64,000 nt of DNA from Lama guanicoe. Its lineage: Eukaryota. How positions within the stretch are numbered: the first letter of the stretch is position 1; every line of letters starts with the position of its first letter. Positions 50,750-63,655 of the stretch are shown here, one piece after another. The notes under the pieces are model-generated. The model worked only from the letters and a program-made list of their open reading frames with translations, had not been told where the DNA came from and ran no database searches. The stretch spans positions 2,125,236 to 2,189,235 of the forward strand of contig MU053472.1 of the NCBI GenBank assembly GCA_013239625.1. Reading direction: 5' to 3'. The position numbers and the translations under genes are program-made.

Positions 50750-51710
50750 TGCATTAAGTTCAGTGTTAGGCACCGATGATATAAAAAAAGAAGACATAGC
50801 CTCTCTGTATATGTATATAAGTGATTTCAACATTCATGATATGCTGAATAGGGATTTGCAGAGATCACTGCGGAATCACAGAGAAAGGGACTTTTAAGTT
50901 CCACCTAAAACCTCAGGAGAAAAGGTCTGCCTGAATTGGGGGTCTTAAAAGATGAGCAAGAATTAGACAAGCAAAGATTCTTGGGAATGGCAATCCAGGT
51001 AAAGGGAATATAATGAGGAAAAAAGACACCAAAGGTATGAAATAGCACGTGTGTACGTGTAACAATTTAAAAATGCAGTATTATTAGAACATAAATTTTA
51101 GATGGAGAAAAGGAGAAGACAAGATTGGGCGATGAGGGGCCAGAGGTCTCACAGGCATAATAAAGGACTTGAGCTTTATTAGTTGGCAATGAGGAACTAC
51201 CGAAGTTTTAAGCGTCAAGTTGTAGGCAGGTTGTCCTGGATGCAGCACGGATGACAGATTTAGGAGAAGGTAAGATTGGAGAGAGGCAGGAAGTCTAGCT
51301 AGGAGGTGAGATATGATGCAGGTTTGCTGCACAGTATTAGCAGTGGAGATGGAGGGTTTGTCCTTAGGCTGTATCTGTATCTGTATCTTGACAAAACTTG
51401 GGCCAAAGTGAAACTGGTGAAAACATTTTGCAGTGATGAGACCCTCAAAACATGTATATTGTATAGTTTTTAAACAAAATCTATTTTTTTAAAAAACAAC
51501 TTTTCTAATTGTTGACAATTTAGCTGGTGGTTATTTTGGTGTCATATATATTTTTAATCCTGTACAGGCTATATTAATATATGTTAATGTTTTTCCCTAA
51601 ATTAGACTGTAAGCTCCTTGAAGGCAGTAACCTTTTCTTATACTTATTGAATACAGTACCTACACCAGTCCTAAATATGTAGTAGGAATACTGTAAATAC
51701 TTGATTAGTG
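50750..51710. mobile_element. L2 fragments (- at about 50750-51355, + at about 51590-51710)
   Basis: aaaggacttgagctttattagttggcaatgaggaactac; attagactgtaagctccttgaaggcag (L2 3' end). Confidence 0.7.
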
Positions 51711-54269
51711 AACCTTAATGATTATACTAATATGGGGTGATCTTACAAAGAAAAGCATAATTCTGACTATATTAAAGCTTCATCTCAGCTAGTGGCATGA
51801 CTGAGAAAAGAAGTTAGTAAGTTTATCTAAATAGGAGAAATTCTAAAAGCACAATGGCTATTAATTCCTTTCCAAATTACTTCTATGAAAGTTTTTTTTT
51901 AACAAAAGCTAATAATGATATCAAGAAATTTTCAGAAAGGAAAACTATAACTTTAAGAAAGGTTGACCTGCAACATATCTGGGAAAGTAAACCTTTTCAG
52001 AAATATGATCAAAGGATTACGGTAGTCAGTTTAAACAGCAACATGTACACCTGCTGAAATACTAGTTCTCCACTAATGTTTACGTAATATTAGACCCTGT
52101 AGCATTTTTCTTACAGCTCTTCTATGGGATGAGAAGTTGACAAAAGGTTATTTCTTTGTACCTTTTGAAAATTCTACTTTTGTCTAGAGGCTGAAACTTC
52201 TTTTGCGCCTCTCTTTTGTGCTATTGTACTCACTGGTGGATTTTAATTGAAGTGACTCACCATTGATGCAACTTGTGAAAAGTCTGGCGTAACTGGTAAT
52301 TAAATGAAGGCATTTTGGAAAACATTACAACTTTTGTGTTAATGGGTGTAACCCAAAGGATGTTCCCAGTGAATATCCTCTTTTATGTATTATGACTCCA
52401 CCACATTAAAACCAGATGTTAGGTAAACACGAAATACACTTTAAAGTGCAAGGTATTGTCAAGCAGAAATCATTGATCTTGTACCTAACATGTTAAAAAT
52501 GATCAAACAATATTACCTATGAGTAAGAGAGAGCTGCATTCTATGTACACTGTGAATTGTTTGAGCTCATTCAAAAGTATTTTCAATTTGCCTTGAACTT
52601 CTTTTCACTGGAAACAATTATTGCTAGGAACTATTATTTGTATGAAAACCAACCATGACAATGAAGCAAAAAAACAAGCTGAAAAGTTCCTTAACAAACA
52701 CCAACTTTTCTGCAGCGCTGGAAGGCTGTATATTTTAAAGCTGGAAGACGCTTCAGACACCCTGGATTAACACTGAAATTGCCTTCTCTACCTAGTTTTG
52801 AAACATGTCGCTATCCAAGACAAGAAGCTGCGTGCTAATTAACACAGGCTTCATTTCAACTGAAAGTTCAAAGAAGTACACTTTAGAAGATATTACATAG
52901 TTATAGTGACTAATACTACCTGAGAACTATTAGGTGTCTTTGTTTCCTTTTAAGAGTTTCATGTGCATATTTGTTACTCAAAAGCCAATTTTTGCTTTAG
53001 ATGTCTTGAGCCCTTGGTGGGACGCACTCCCCGCCTACCTCCGCTTACTTTTTTGTTTTTAACTTGCAGTTCAAAACTCACCGTGAAAAGAAGCCAGAAA
53101 GAAGTATCACAAATGTGCAAGTCATTAATTACTATAAGCACCAAAAATAGAATGTTTCTACAGGTTCAGATTTAGCTCATTTATCTCCTTTGTGTTTACC
53201 CTACCAACCACACCTAGGTTGATATAATGATTCATAGAGAAAAATAAGAACCCATATTTAAGCATAAAGATCAACAACAAAAAAAATACCACCCAGGAAA
53301 ATGCTTTTACTGAGTGAGATTATGTTAGCCAGAAAGATGCATAAATGAATTGCCAACCTAATGGTTCAGGTGCTGGAGGGCACTAATTGGAACCAAACCT
53401 CTGGCCATCTTTGAGTTCTTGTAGCTGACAATATGAGCACAAAAAAGGGGTAGAGTGGGAGAGGAGAAGGGAGGATCAGGGACTTAACAACACACTCCAG
53501 GTCAGAATAAATGTCTTTCTTGAGTCAAAGGAGAGGTTTATTTTGTCACGTACACAAGTCATGAAAAAATAGCCAGACTCAGGTGGGGCGTAGGGGTACC
53601 TGAAGGGTCTATAAAACCATCAAATACCGAAGTTCATCCCTTGATAAAATTAGTTTCTCAAAGCAAATATGGCTGAAGCTTAAGTGCTGGTCTGAGAATA
53701 CACCATTCCAAGTTCTGATCTAAAGATACAAACATACAGAGCCATATGTAAATATTAAATATGGTTATGATCTAGCCCATACTTTTGACTTTATATGGTT
53801 ATCTACATAGTTTTGTTACCAAATTATTTGAATATTTTGATGTACTTGCTTTTATCAATAGTGTTAATTTTGATAAATACTTGGATTACATATATGGCCA
53901 AAGTTCAGCAGAAATTAAAATATAATTAAACAAAGGTTCTTGGCCATTTACTAAACTTTTTAACCATGATTTTCTTTGAACGCTTTGTGTTGTATAGCTT
54001 AAATTGTTTAATCTTAGTTGTAACAGAAAATATGTGTAACATAGATTATATTTTTGGACTATAGAATTGCCTTTTATGTCATATATTAATTTGGTTCATT
54101 AGAATTTTCAACTGATGAAATAGTTAAACAGGGCTTCCCTGGAGATAGTGGAACATCAAGGGAGGGAGACCAAGTTAGGGGACATTTGTGACAGTCTTTT
54201 AGTGTCTTAAAATTACATAACAAATTTTAAAACGTATTTTAAATGTTGAGTGATTTAAAAACATGCAGC

Positions 54270-54524
54270 TGGATAGGCGTGATACCTTTTACGTAAAGTT
54301 TAAAAATCACATCAAAGAATACTACCTATTGTTTATGGATTCAGCATGTAAAAGAATATAAAAAAATAAGTGGCAAGTTCAGGACAGTGGTTGTCTCTGG
54401 GGGCAGGATGGAGGGAAATGGGATCAAGGAAGGATACAAAAGGGACTGCCCCTGTAGGTTAACATTTTATTTCATGAGAAGCAAAACTAAAGCCAAAACT
54501 GCAAAATGTTAACATTTGTTGAAT
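54270..54524 (+). mobile_element. L1ME-like 3' end
   Basis: caagttcaggacagtggttgtctctggggg...gcaaaatgttaacatttgttgaatc. Confidence 0.65.
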
Positions 54525-55512
54525 CCACTCATTAGTTGTGAGATATCTGGGTCATTTTCACCTTTTAGCGATTGTGAATAGTGCTGCTTTGAAGATTTGT
54601 ATACAAGGTTTTGTACGAACGTCTGTTTTCAATTCTTGGGTCTACACCTAGGAGTAAAATTGCTGGGTCATACGGTAATTCTGTAACTTTCTGAGGAACC
54701 ACCAAACTGCTTTCCACAGCAGCTGCACCATTTTATATTCACACTGGCAAAGCCTAAGGGTTCCAATTTCTGTACATCCTTGCCAACACTTACTATTTTC
54801 TTTTTTCGTTTCCCTTTAAAAAAAATTATAGCCATCCTAGTGAATGTAAAATGGTATTTCATTGTGGTTTTGCTTTGCATTGCCCTAATGACAAGTGATG
54901 TTGGCAGTCTTTTCATGTGCTGATTGATCATTGTCTATTCAAGTCCTTTGCCCATTTTTTAATTGAACACACAATTCAACACATTGTCAAGTTGTAAGAA
55001 TTCTTTATATACTCTAATACTAGATACTTATCAGATATATGATTTGCAAATAATATCTCCCATTCTTTAGGTTGTCTTTTCATTTTCTTGATAGTATCCT
55101 TTGATGTACAAAGTTTTAAAAGTTTTAAACTTAGATGAAGCCCAGTTTAACTACTCTTTCTTTTGTTGCCTGCACTTTTCTGGTGTCATATCGAAGAACC
55201 CGTTGCCAAATTCAAGGTCATAAACACCAACACCTAAGTTTTCTCCTAAAATTATACTACTTTAATGCTGACATTTAGATCTTTGATCTGTTTGGAGTTA
55301 ATTTCTGCATGTGGCGTCAGATAGAGCCAACTTCATTCTTCTCCATGTGGTTATACAGTTGTCCCAACATCATGTGTGGAACAGATTATCCTTTTCTCAC
55401 TGAGTATCTTGGCACTCTGGTCAAAACTAAGGTGACCATGGACACAGGGGTTTATTTCTGGACTCTCAGTTCTATTCCATTGATCTCTATGTCTATCCTT
55501 ATGCCCCCATGC
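54525..55512 (-). mobile_element. L1 ORF2 3' part (L1MB-like)
   Basis: ORFs 54668..54931(-) HMKRLPTSLVIRAMQSKTTMKYHFT and 55351..55545(-) DRHRDQWNRTESPEINP are recognisable L1 ORF2 C-terminal pieces. Confidence 0.9.
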
Positions 55513-55829
55513 TTTCTTAGACACACTGTACAGAACATACTGCAAATGCTTTCACAAGGATCATTACTCTTAGTATCAATTACCTTGTAATGTGTAGTAA
55601 CAGTGCCACTTTACAGTATACTGGAAAAAACTGGATGTTTGGTTCCACAGCAAATGGTCCCAGACTGGTAGTTTCAGCTATTAATGTTTTGTGTGGTTTT
55701 CTGTCTTCCCCTTGCTGAGAGCTGTCATTCTTTGCTACAACCAGGATGCCTATGGTAACATGTAATCACGTTTCTCCCTTCCTAATTCATTATCTTAATG
55801 CCTCTGTGAATTCAGATAACTGAGTTTAA

Positions 55830-56390
55830 TTCGTTCAGTACACATTCTAAGTGTCTACATTTTAGTTTTTGAGGCACTGCTAATGATGTTCACACTCTAA
55901 GGTGAGCAAGAACACACTCACATTTAACGGGCATATATGTACACAGCTAATTGTAAAACGAATGCTAAGTGCACGAATAAAGGTAACACGAGCGTGGGGG
56001 AGTATAAAGAAGCAGTATTCATTTAACCCAGGAAGACTGTCTTGGAAGATGAGTTGAAGACAGCCAGACAAACCCAGGGCTAAGTGCATAGCCTTGAATA
56101 CTATGCTAAGGAGTTTCGACTTTATCACGAAGGCACCTGGAAAGCCGGACACGTGTTTGCTTGGATAGGGGATGTGACTAGTTCTGTGTCAGGACAATGA
56201 CCTACGTGGTAAGCAGTGTGGTGCTGGTGGTAAGGCTGAGGCGGAGAGAGGAAGTTAATTTTTAATCTATGTCTGAGATGATGAGTGAGCAATGAGAATG
56301 GATTTGTGATTTACAAGAGTAAACCACTTGAGTCAGAGTTTAAGGAACTCTCCTATGGATAAAGTGCATAAGGAGGTCATGGTGTATAGA
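55830..56390 (-). mobile_element. L2 fragment
   Basis: gccttgaatactatgctaaggagtttcgactttatc...; purine-rich antisense L2. Confidence 0.65.
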
Positions 56391-56429
56391 TTGCAATGCT
56401 TAACTTTTAGCTCCTATGAGGAAAGAAAG

Positions 56430-56916
56430 TGATGGGGTTCAGGACGCGCTACCCCTTGGCATATTGAATATCTTAAGCTAAAGAAATTTGAGATGTAGCA
56501 AGCACAGGAAGAAATTTCTGACCTCCCCCTGAAATGGGTCATAAGACCCTCAAGTGAGAGGTGCCCCCCTACACCTGGCAGAAAGGAGGATCCTTGTCTC
56601 TGAAGACAGAGGGACACCGAGAGGACTCTGACCAAATAGGCCTTACTAAGTCTCCCCCAGTTTGCTGCACTTGGTTTATACTCTTTCTGTCCTATCACAT
56701 TTCTCCACGACTTTCCACCCTTCATCACACTTCCATAAAATCATTCAGGTTTAATTGCTTCCTTGGGTCTTCATTTCCTTATGAAGGCTCCCATGTTGCA
56801 TAAAACTCATATTAAATAAATCTGAATGCCTTTCTCTTGTTAACCTGTCTTTTGTTACAAGGGCCCCAGCCAAGATCTTAGGTTAGCAGGGGAAAAGGTA
56901 TTTCTCCTTCCCTACA
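56430..56916 (+). mobile_element. ERV1 solo LTR (MER34/MER39-like)
   Basis: TG...CA termini (TGATGGGGTTCAGGAC...TTCCCTACA), perfect 4-bp TSD aaag (56426-56429, 56917-56920), AATAAA at 56815-56820. Confidence 0.9.
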
Positions 56917-56934
56917 AAAGCATTAAAAAAAAAA

Positions 56935-58030
56935 CAAGGGCTTTAAAATCACCAGACCCTCAGCTCTGGCTCTACCATTTCCTAGCTTGCTATGGGCAAG
57001 TTCCTTAAGATATTTAAGTCATTATAAAACATACACATTAATATTAATATCACAGAGTTAATGTGAAGGGTTGAGATGGCATGAACGCTAGCCAATAAAA
57101 GCCAGTTTTCTTATTTTCTGTCCTCTCCCAGGTACTTAACTGTATCCTTGAAGGTTAAGGTTGTCATATAAGTGTCCTTGAGATTTAGCATCATTATAAT
57201 AGTTTTTAGGTTATAGCTAAGGGTTGGTGAGAAGATAGTGACCCTGACCCTTCCCTTTGAACTCAACAAAATTACTTTCTAAAGTTTGCACTTCAGTATT
57301 AGAGTTAGATTATATTATTTGATGTGTATGCCATGCCGTCTTTGGTTTGTTCTGCCCCTCTGGAATGCCTTCCTCTATCCCTTCCAACTGGCTGGTCTAA
57401 CCTGTAAGACTCAGTTGAAATACGACTGCCCTCAAGAAGGCTATCTTTCCCCCTGTCCCAGGTGAGGTTTGCCTTCTCCGTGTTCCCATATTACCACATA
57501 TTACAGTGTACTAAGTGCAACAATAGAGCACACTGTGTTAGTTTCCACACTATTTGTTAGTTTCTCCCTAGAGACACAAAAGGGCAAGAACTGTGTATTG
57601 TGAACTATGTCAGTGTTTCCTCAGTTCCTACCGTGAGCCTAGTACATAAGAGACAGTTAATAATTATTTATTGAATGGAGAAACAAGTTTCAAAAATCAC
57701 CCACCTACCCATTCCAGGTGCTTACAAATTATATCCATTTTCCTGTTTTAAATCTCTCATGCCCTACTTAACCACTCTTTCTCTCTCCTCAGAGAAGCAG
57801 CTTGAATGGCTCTGAAGAAACTGATCTTGGAATAAGAACCTGTGATGTAGCCTGGCTCCACCATAATTAGTTGTGAAATCTTGGGCAAGTCACTGGATCT
57901 CTTGATTCTGTATGTGCAAAAAAGGAATAACTATGGGTTTGTAACAAGGATTAAGTGAAATACGATGTAAAAGAGCCTAACAGAGTATCTGACATACAGT
58001 GAGTTTTCATCATTTATTGATTACTTATTA
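56935..58030 (+). mobile_element. MIR / L2 / MIR fragments
   Basis: ctggctctaccatttcctagc...gggcaagttcctt; ctctggaatgccttcct...cctagtacataag; tagttgtgaaatcttgggcaagtcact. Confidence 0.65.
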
Positions 58031-58674
58031 TTTGCTTTTGCTAAAAGTTTAAGTTAGAACATAGTTATGGAAATGAGAAAGGACTCGTCATGAAAAATTT
58101 GAGTCTTTCATGCAATTAACTAGATTATTCCAATCACCCAGACAAGTCTGTAAAACTGACTTTATTTTAGGCTCTCCTGTTATCACTAGCACCAGAATGA
58201 ACCTGTTAACAAAAATAAAACAAAGTAAAACACCCCAGCCTCAAAGTCATTGCCAGTCATAAATAACTTGAAAGTTATTTAAATGAAGATATATTGCCTC
58301 TATAATGGGGTGCTGTCTGTAAATCAGGAAGAAAAACAAACAAATAAAAGACCCATGAATGTGAAATGCTGACAAATCTGGGTTTTCAAAGGCCCTACAA
58401 TTGGTATTTTCAGAAGCTCTCATAAAATACACAATGCACTGTGTCTCCCAAACCTCACAACTAGAGGAAGGCATTCAAAACTTTGAGGATAAACCTGAAT
58501 GCAGTGAATTCAGAGGCGGATGCTCGCAGAGTCAGGGGAAATTTTCACCCTTAACAAAGAAAATCTGTGGCTGACTTTTAGTTGTACGAACTGTAGTTTT
58601 CCGGGCACCAGAGTTTTTAGCACCTTTCCTGCAAATTCGTCCTGGGAGGCGGTAGAAAGGATGTGTTAGTGTGA

Positions 58675-58691
58675 TGCTGCCATCTACAGCC
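58675..58691 (-). promoter_or_regulatory. CTCF-like site
   Basis: Minus strand reads GGCTGTAGATGGCAGCA, against the core CCRSYAGRKGGCR. Confidence 0.35.
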
Positions 58692-60864
58692 AGAGTTTTC
58701 CATGTGCATTCATAAAATAACGAAAAGGAACAATTCTAGGACTGTATGGTTAGTACACACTTTAAATAATCTTTCTGGTCACTTCGTGGAGTAGGGAGGG
58801 ACTCATTGGTTCCAAAAGAATTCTTGACGGAGGGTTCTTCTGATTACCAAAGGAATCCATTTTAGTTTCACCTCAAGAAAAATCTCATACAAAAGATACT
58901 TCTACCTCACATGAGTTTTTCTGGATTCCACAGCATAATTTCTATCAGAAAAGAAAGTACTAAAGACATCTTTTTTAAAGAATTATGTTTGTTACTCTAA
59001 TGATGATGTGAACTCACTTTAGAGTGAAGTTGTAAAATGATCAGACATAGAGGGATGATTCAGCCCCTGGGGTGCTGATAGCCACAATTTCCCGGTCCTG
59101 CTCCCTGACCATTTTGCTTGGGTTTTGCCCTTTCCCTCCTGTTCTGACAGCAAGCAGAGGAAATAAGATGACAGCAGAGGGCATCAGCCTTTTTTTTTTT
59201 TTCTCCAGAGAACAATGCTGCCTCAGTAAGTAGCATCCAACTAAGATATAAATCATATTTATAAAATACAGAACGTTCCCAGAGATAACCAACCAATTTT
59301 ACAAAAGTGAAAATCACGCCCACTATTTCCAGTCTCTATTGTTTTTCCAAGGCTGTTTTTTCTTAGCTAAGTATTTGATCTCTGCTAACTGCCCCACATT
59401 TTTTCTGAATTTTTCTTATGTCTCATCATGAGTCATCTTATTTCCCTCTAGCTAACTTTGCTTCATATATGTCTCAATGCTCACTTAAAAACAAAAGACC
59501 AAAAATCAATGTTCATAATCTCTCTAAAATACCATCAAATGAGTTAGCTTATTTACACCCTTACAATGTTTCAGTGTAGTTTAGATTAAAAGTTCAGCTA
59601 GTTGTCCAAAGGTGGATAAAGTTATCATAAGCAATTTATAAGCCATATTAAAAATACCAGTTTGTTAATGCCTTTCTGAGGGACAAAATAGATACAATTA
59701 CTTGACATCATACTTTAGATCATCATAGGCAACCCCATGTCTAGACCACTCTTCACTCTCAGTCGGCAGACGAGAAATATAAGGCATGCAAGGGTTAAAT
59801 GACTTAATCCAGGTCATTTCAAGTAATTTTTATGAACATTTAGAGAAGAGGTTCTTATCATTACAGTCTGTACTGAGGTCCTAGCAAGGATCTTCTCTTT
59901 GTCACCTCCCTCGTGAGCGGTTTACTTCAAACTTTCCATCTGTAAAATGGGTGTCAGTTTCCCACATTTAGCAGTGAGAGAATAATTTATGACAACCCAT
60001 TCAATTCCTAAGGGATGGACTGGGGAAGAAAAATGAAATGCCATACTGGAAAGTTTATATTGGAGTGTTAAAGAGAAAAGGTTGCATCCGAATTTTCAAA
60101 GGTAGTATTATGTTTTTATAGCCGCACTAGTACAAGTTACTAAAAAGCCATTCGACGCAGTAGTTAAGTTACTCACCTTGTTTATAAAATAGTTAAGGAA
60201 AGATTACTAGTGAGCTTATTGCAAAGGCTTAAGTAGAAAAATCTAGTTAACTCAGAATCAATCTTATGAAATGCTTAGGATAAAAATATAAAATTCTGTT
60301 ATTACTGTTTATCACTTTGGACCATACCTATGCTTTCTCAAAACATAAGCAGGGTAACAGGGTTTTACTCATTTTTTCTGTTTTGTTTTTGTTTCTGTTT
60401 TGTTCGTGTCTTGAAGAGAAAAGACAACATTATTCCTCGATCACCTTCAGATGTCTTTTCCTCTGGGCTCGATCATCCCATTAGAATTCTAAGTCAACAA
60501 AGGGAAGAAACAATTTTAAATGACCCTAACTATTGAAAATAAATTCAGAAAAACATGAATTCCTCTCAGCCTTTGATTTACCTTTCACTGTACTGCAAAA
60601 TCATCAAACACACATACTTTTAATTTTTCTATATTATGTAAACAAAAGATTTTCAAGTGGGATTTAGTAGATGGTGGATTTCAAATTAAACTGAAAATGT
60701 GCCCATAACACAGCAATTATTTCATCAACTCTGAATAGTTTAAATTCTTACAACGGAACCAAGTCTTGAATGGAAAAAAAATGTTTACATAATACTATAC
60801 CTAATAAACAGGAGCAAGCAATTGGTGTACTGTCTACACACTTTCATTTTGTTTTTAAAATACA

Positions 60865-60972
60865 ACTATGGTGATGGTTTTACAACTCTGTGAATGTACT
60901 GAAAACCACTGAAGTATACAACTTAAAGGGTGAATTTTATGATATGGGCATTAAATTTCAAGAAAGCTGTTA
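60865..60972 (+). mobile_element. Old L1 extreme 3' end
   Basis: gatggttttacaactctgtgaatgtactgaaaaccactgaagtatacaacttaaagggtgaattttatg...aaagctgtt. Confidence 0.8.
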
Positions 60973-60979
60973 TATTTTT

Positions 60980-61020
60980 ATTTTTTTAACTTTTTTTATT
61001 GAGTTATAGTCATTTTACAA
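60980..61020 (-). mobile_element. Ultra-truncated young L1 insertion (about 40 bp)
   Basis: ttttttattgagttatagtcattttacaa matches the 3' end of the 46154 element; 12-bp TSD tgttatattttt at 60968-60979 and 61021-61032. Confidence 0.75.
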
Positions 61021-62049
61021 TGTTATATTTTTTAAAAATTAACTCAATGTTCTGTAAGAAAATCCTGCTAGGAAATAATCTCCGATCTTCTCCTTGTTAG
61101 CATCATATTTAAAAGTGTTATACGCAAGTGAAACCAACAAAATAAGTGTTCACTGCTGCCCAGATAAGGTGACATTATCTGTTAAGATAGGATATCTTCT
61201 GTGCTGTAATCGTGACTCCCAAATTCTAACCTGAGAGACCCGTGTGAAGTTCCCATTGAAATCAGTGGCCACTACACTACAAAGCTTAGAGCACAATTTG
61301 GCACATTCTGCAGTATACTTACATTTTTAAAGGATTCTCTGTTATAACTTTCATCTGTTTTTGTTTAACTGACAAAAGGATCAAGCAAAGGTTATGCTCT
61401 CATCATGATATTTCTTTAAAGTAAATTTGGATAGAAACATGAAAGTTACCCCAGTACAGACATATAGATTTGAACTCACTGAAAGGTTTTGGAAATAAAT
61501 ATTGCAGGCATGCTCCATTTGGACTTTGGAAGGAGGAGTAGATGGAAGTGTCATTCTTTTCTGGAAAAAAATGGTTTTGATAGCATCAAAGAATCTTAGA
61601 GTCAGAAAGCACTTTAGAGATAATTTGGTTAAATCCCCTGTTAGTCGAAGAGTAAAACAGGGAATGGGTCTCTTGATCCCTTAACCAAAGATTCTCATTG
61701 TCTCCTTCCCTAAACTACTATTATCTTTGGAAAACTAAAATTTGTTAGGTGTTCTCTGGTATGTTGTCTTTTTTTCTTTAAAAAGAATTGCATGTAGAAT
61801 AATCTCATGCATAGCAGGTGTCTAGGTGTTTTAAATTATGAGCTAGTTTCCATTTATTTTTACTGTCTTTTCATATAACAGTTTTGTGAGATACTTTGTA
61901 ATTCATCTCATGATGGAAAAATTGTACGTGGTGAGAGTAAGGGGGTCAAGGAGAGGATCAAACAGCAATCACCTCTCTTTCCAAATTCTGCTGTGTCTCA
62001 TGAAATCCCAAGAGAGTTCACAAAATCAGTCATTTGAATGAACCATGAA

Positions 62050-62560
62050 GATGAATACTATCACACTCTGCTACATAGAGTGTAATTGGAAACAATCGTT
62101 CTAGAAAACAATTTCACAGTGTCCATCAAAAGCCTTAAAAATTTGTTTTATAGTTGGAACTAGTAATTCTGTATCTGGAAACCAATTATATAAATATCAA
62201 CCAAGATCCAGAGACACAGCTTTGCAGAGAAATGTTTGTTGCAGCATTACTTATCATGAGAAGAAGTGGTAAACACCAATCTTTCCACTGAAAGATTAAG
62301 AATGTGATAGTATATTCATTTGATAATCATCACTGTAGCTAATAAGAGAAAATTTAGAAGAATTTAATACAAAATTATTTTGTGATATAGTGGGTTTTAA
62401 AAGCAGAATACAAAATTTTAAATATGGTATATATTTTAAAATACAAAAACCTATCATAGAAAAATATATTGGTTGCCTTTGGGTAGTAAAAATATGGGTG
62501 GTTTTGCTGACATTATCCAATTTTTAAATGAAAAAAAAGTATGTATTGCTTTTACAGTAG
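62050..62560 (+). mobile_element. Ancient L1 3' fragment
   Basis: agagtgtaattggaaacaatcgttctagaaaacaattt; aaatgtttgttgcagcattacttat; tgtattgcttttacagtagaaa. Confidence 0.65.
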
Positions 62561-63484
62561 AAAATCTTTAATAGATGTTATTATTAAGACAAACATAAAA
62601 CGAGCCAGCCAATCAAAGACCAGTTCAGAAAATAGAATCTACCTTCGGAATGAAGTATTTATAGGCTTTGGGTTCAGATGCCTTTCCGCTACATCACATT
62701 ATCCGATGCCATCATCTCTCATGATGTTGCCAAGCGCTTTTCTTCACAGAATCACGTACGGCTAGTATCTATCATAATATATAGATCTTTGAGATTCTAA
62801 AGAATACCATTCACTCTAGAGCTTATAAATACTTCATTCTTTTGATTCGCTTGATCAGACTGCACACGTCTCCCCAGCTTGGTTCGGGCGGAGAGGCTCC
62901 CCTGGCTGCCTCCTGAGAGGTCTCCTAATTCAAGTCAGTCCCTCCTTTGCTGCACATGGCAAAGCCCTGTTTTCTCTTTGTACTACGGCAGCATCCAAAC
63001 TCACACCAAAGCACGAGGGGCTGTAATTCCTCATTTCACAAAACCCCAGGTTAACCAAAGTTGTCACACATAGAGCTGGAAGAATAGCAAACACTTTAAA
63101 GCTAACAGCAGCTGTCTGAAAGGATAATAAAACACTGCTTTAAACAAGAAAGCAGCTCCTCATGAGCTACTGCGTGAAAATGTTCTTCATTTAAAGAAGA
63201 GAATTTGTGAAAGGGGATTTCAAAATTCCTGAGTCTCACCTTTAGAAAAACTCCCCCTGTTGTTTACACTTTGGAATAATAAGGCCAGATAGAAGAAGCT
63301 TTTATTTCTCTGTCGGCGTGATTCATATTCCCAACATTTAAAATGAAGAGGATCTTTTCCCAGCTAGCGCTCAATAAGACAGCCATGAAGGCAAACTGAC
63401 AACGTGGGTTTCTGCTGTCAGAGGTTCGCACATCAATCAGCGAGACTCCAGATGGCATCTGTTTTCAGTGATCACGTCACTTAC

Positions 63485-63655
63485 CATCAACATCACATTA
63501 AATCCTTGCAGTAAAAATGGGTTCTTTTCCCCACATTCACAAGCGGATGATGTCTGATTTCATCCTCAGGCCTCTCACGTTGGGACGAAAACAGTGCAAC
63601 AGTGTCTCCTGCTGCCTGTTAGCCTGGTGACATGTGTGCATGGGTGGGACTCTTC
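63485..63655 (-). ncRNA. Candidate non-coding exon (171 nt)
   Basis: Acceptor tcttcattccttttcactag|G and donor ATG|gtaagt; stops in all three frames. Confidence 0.25.
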
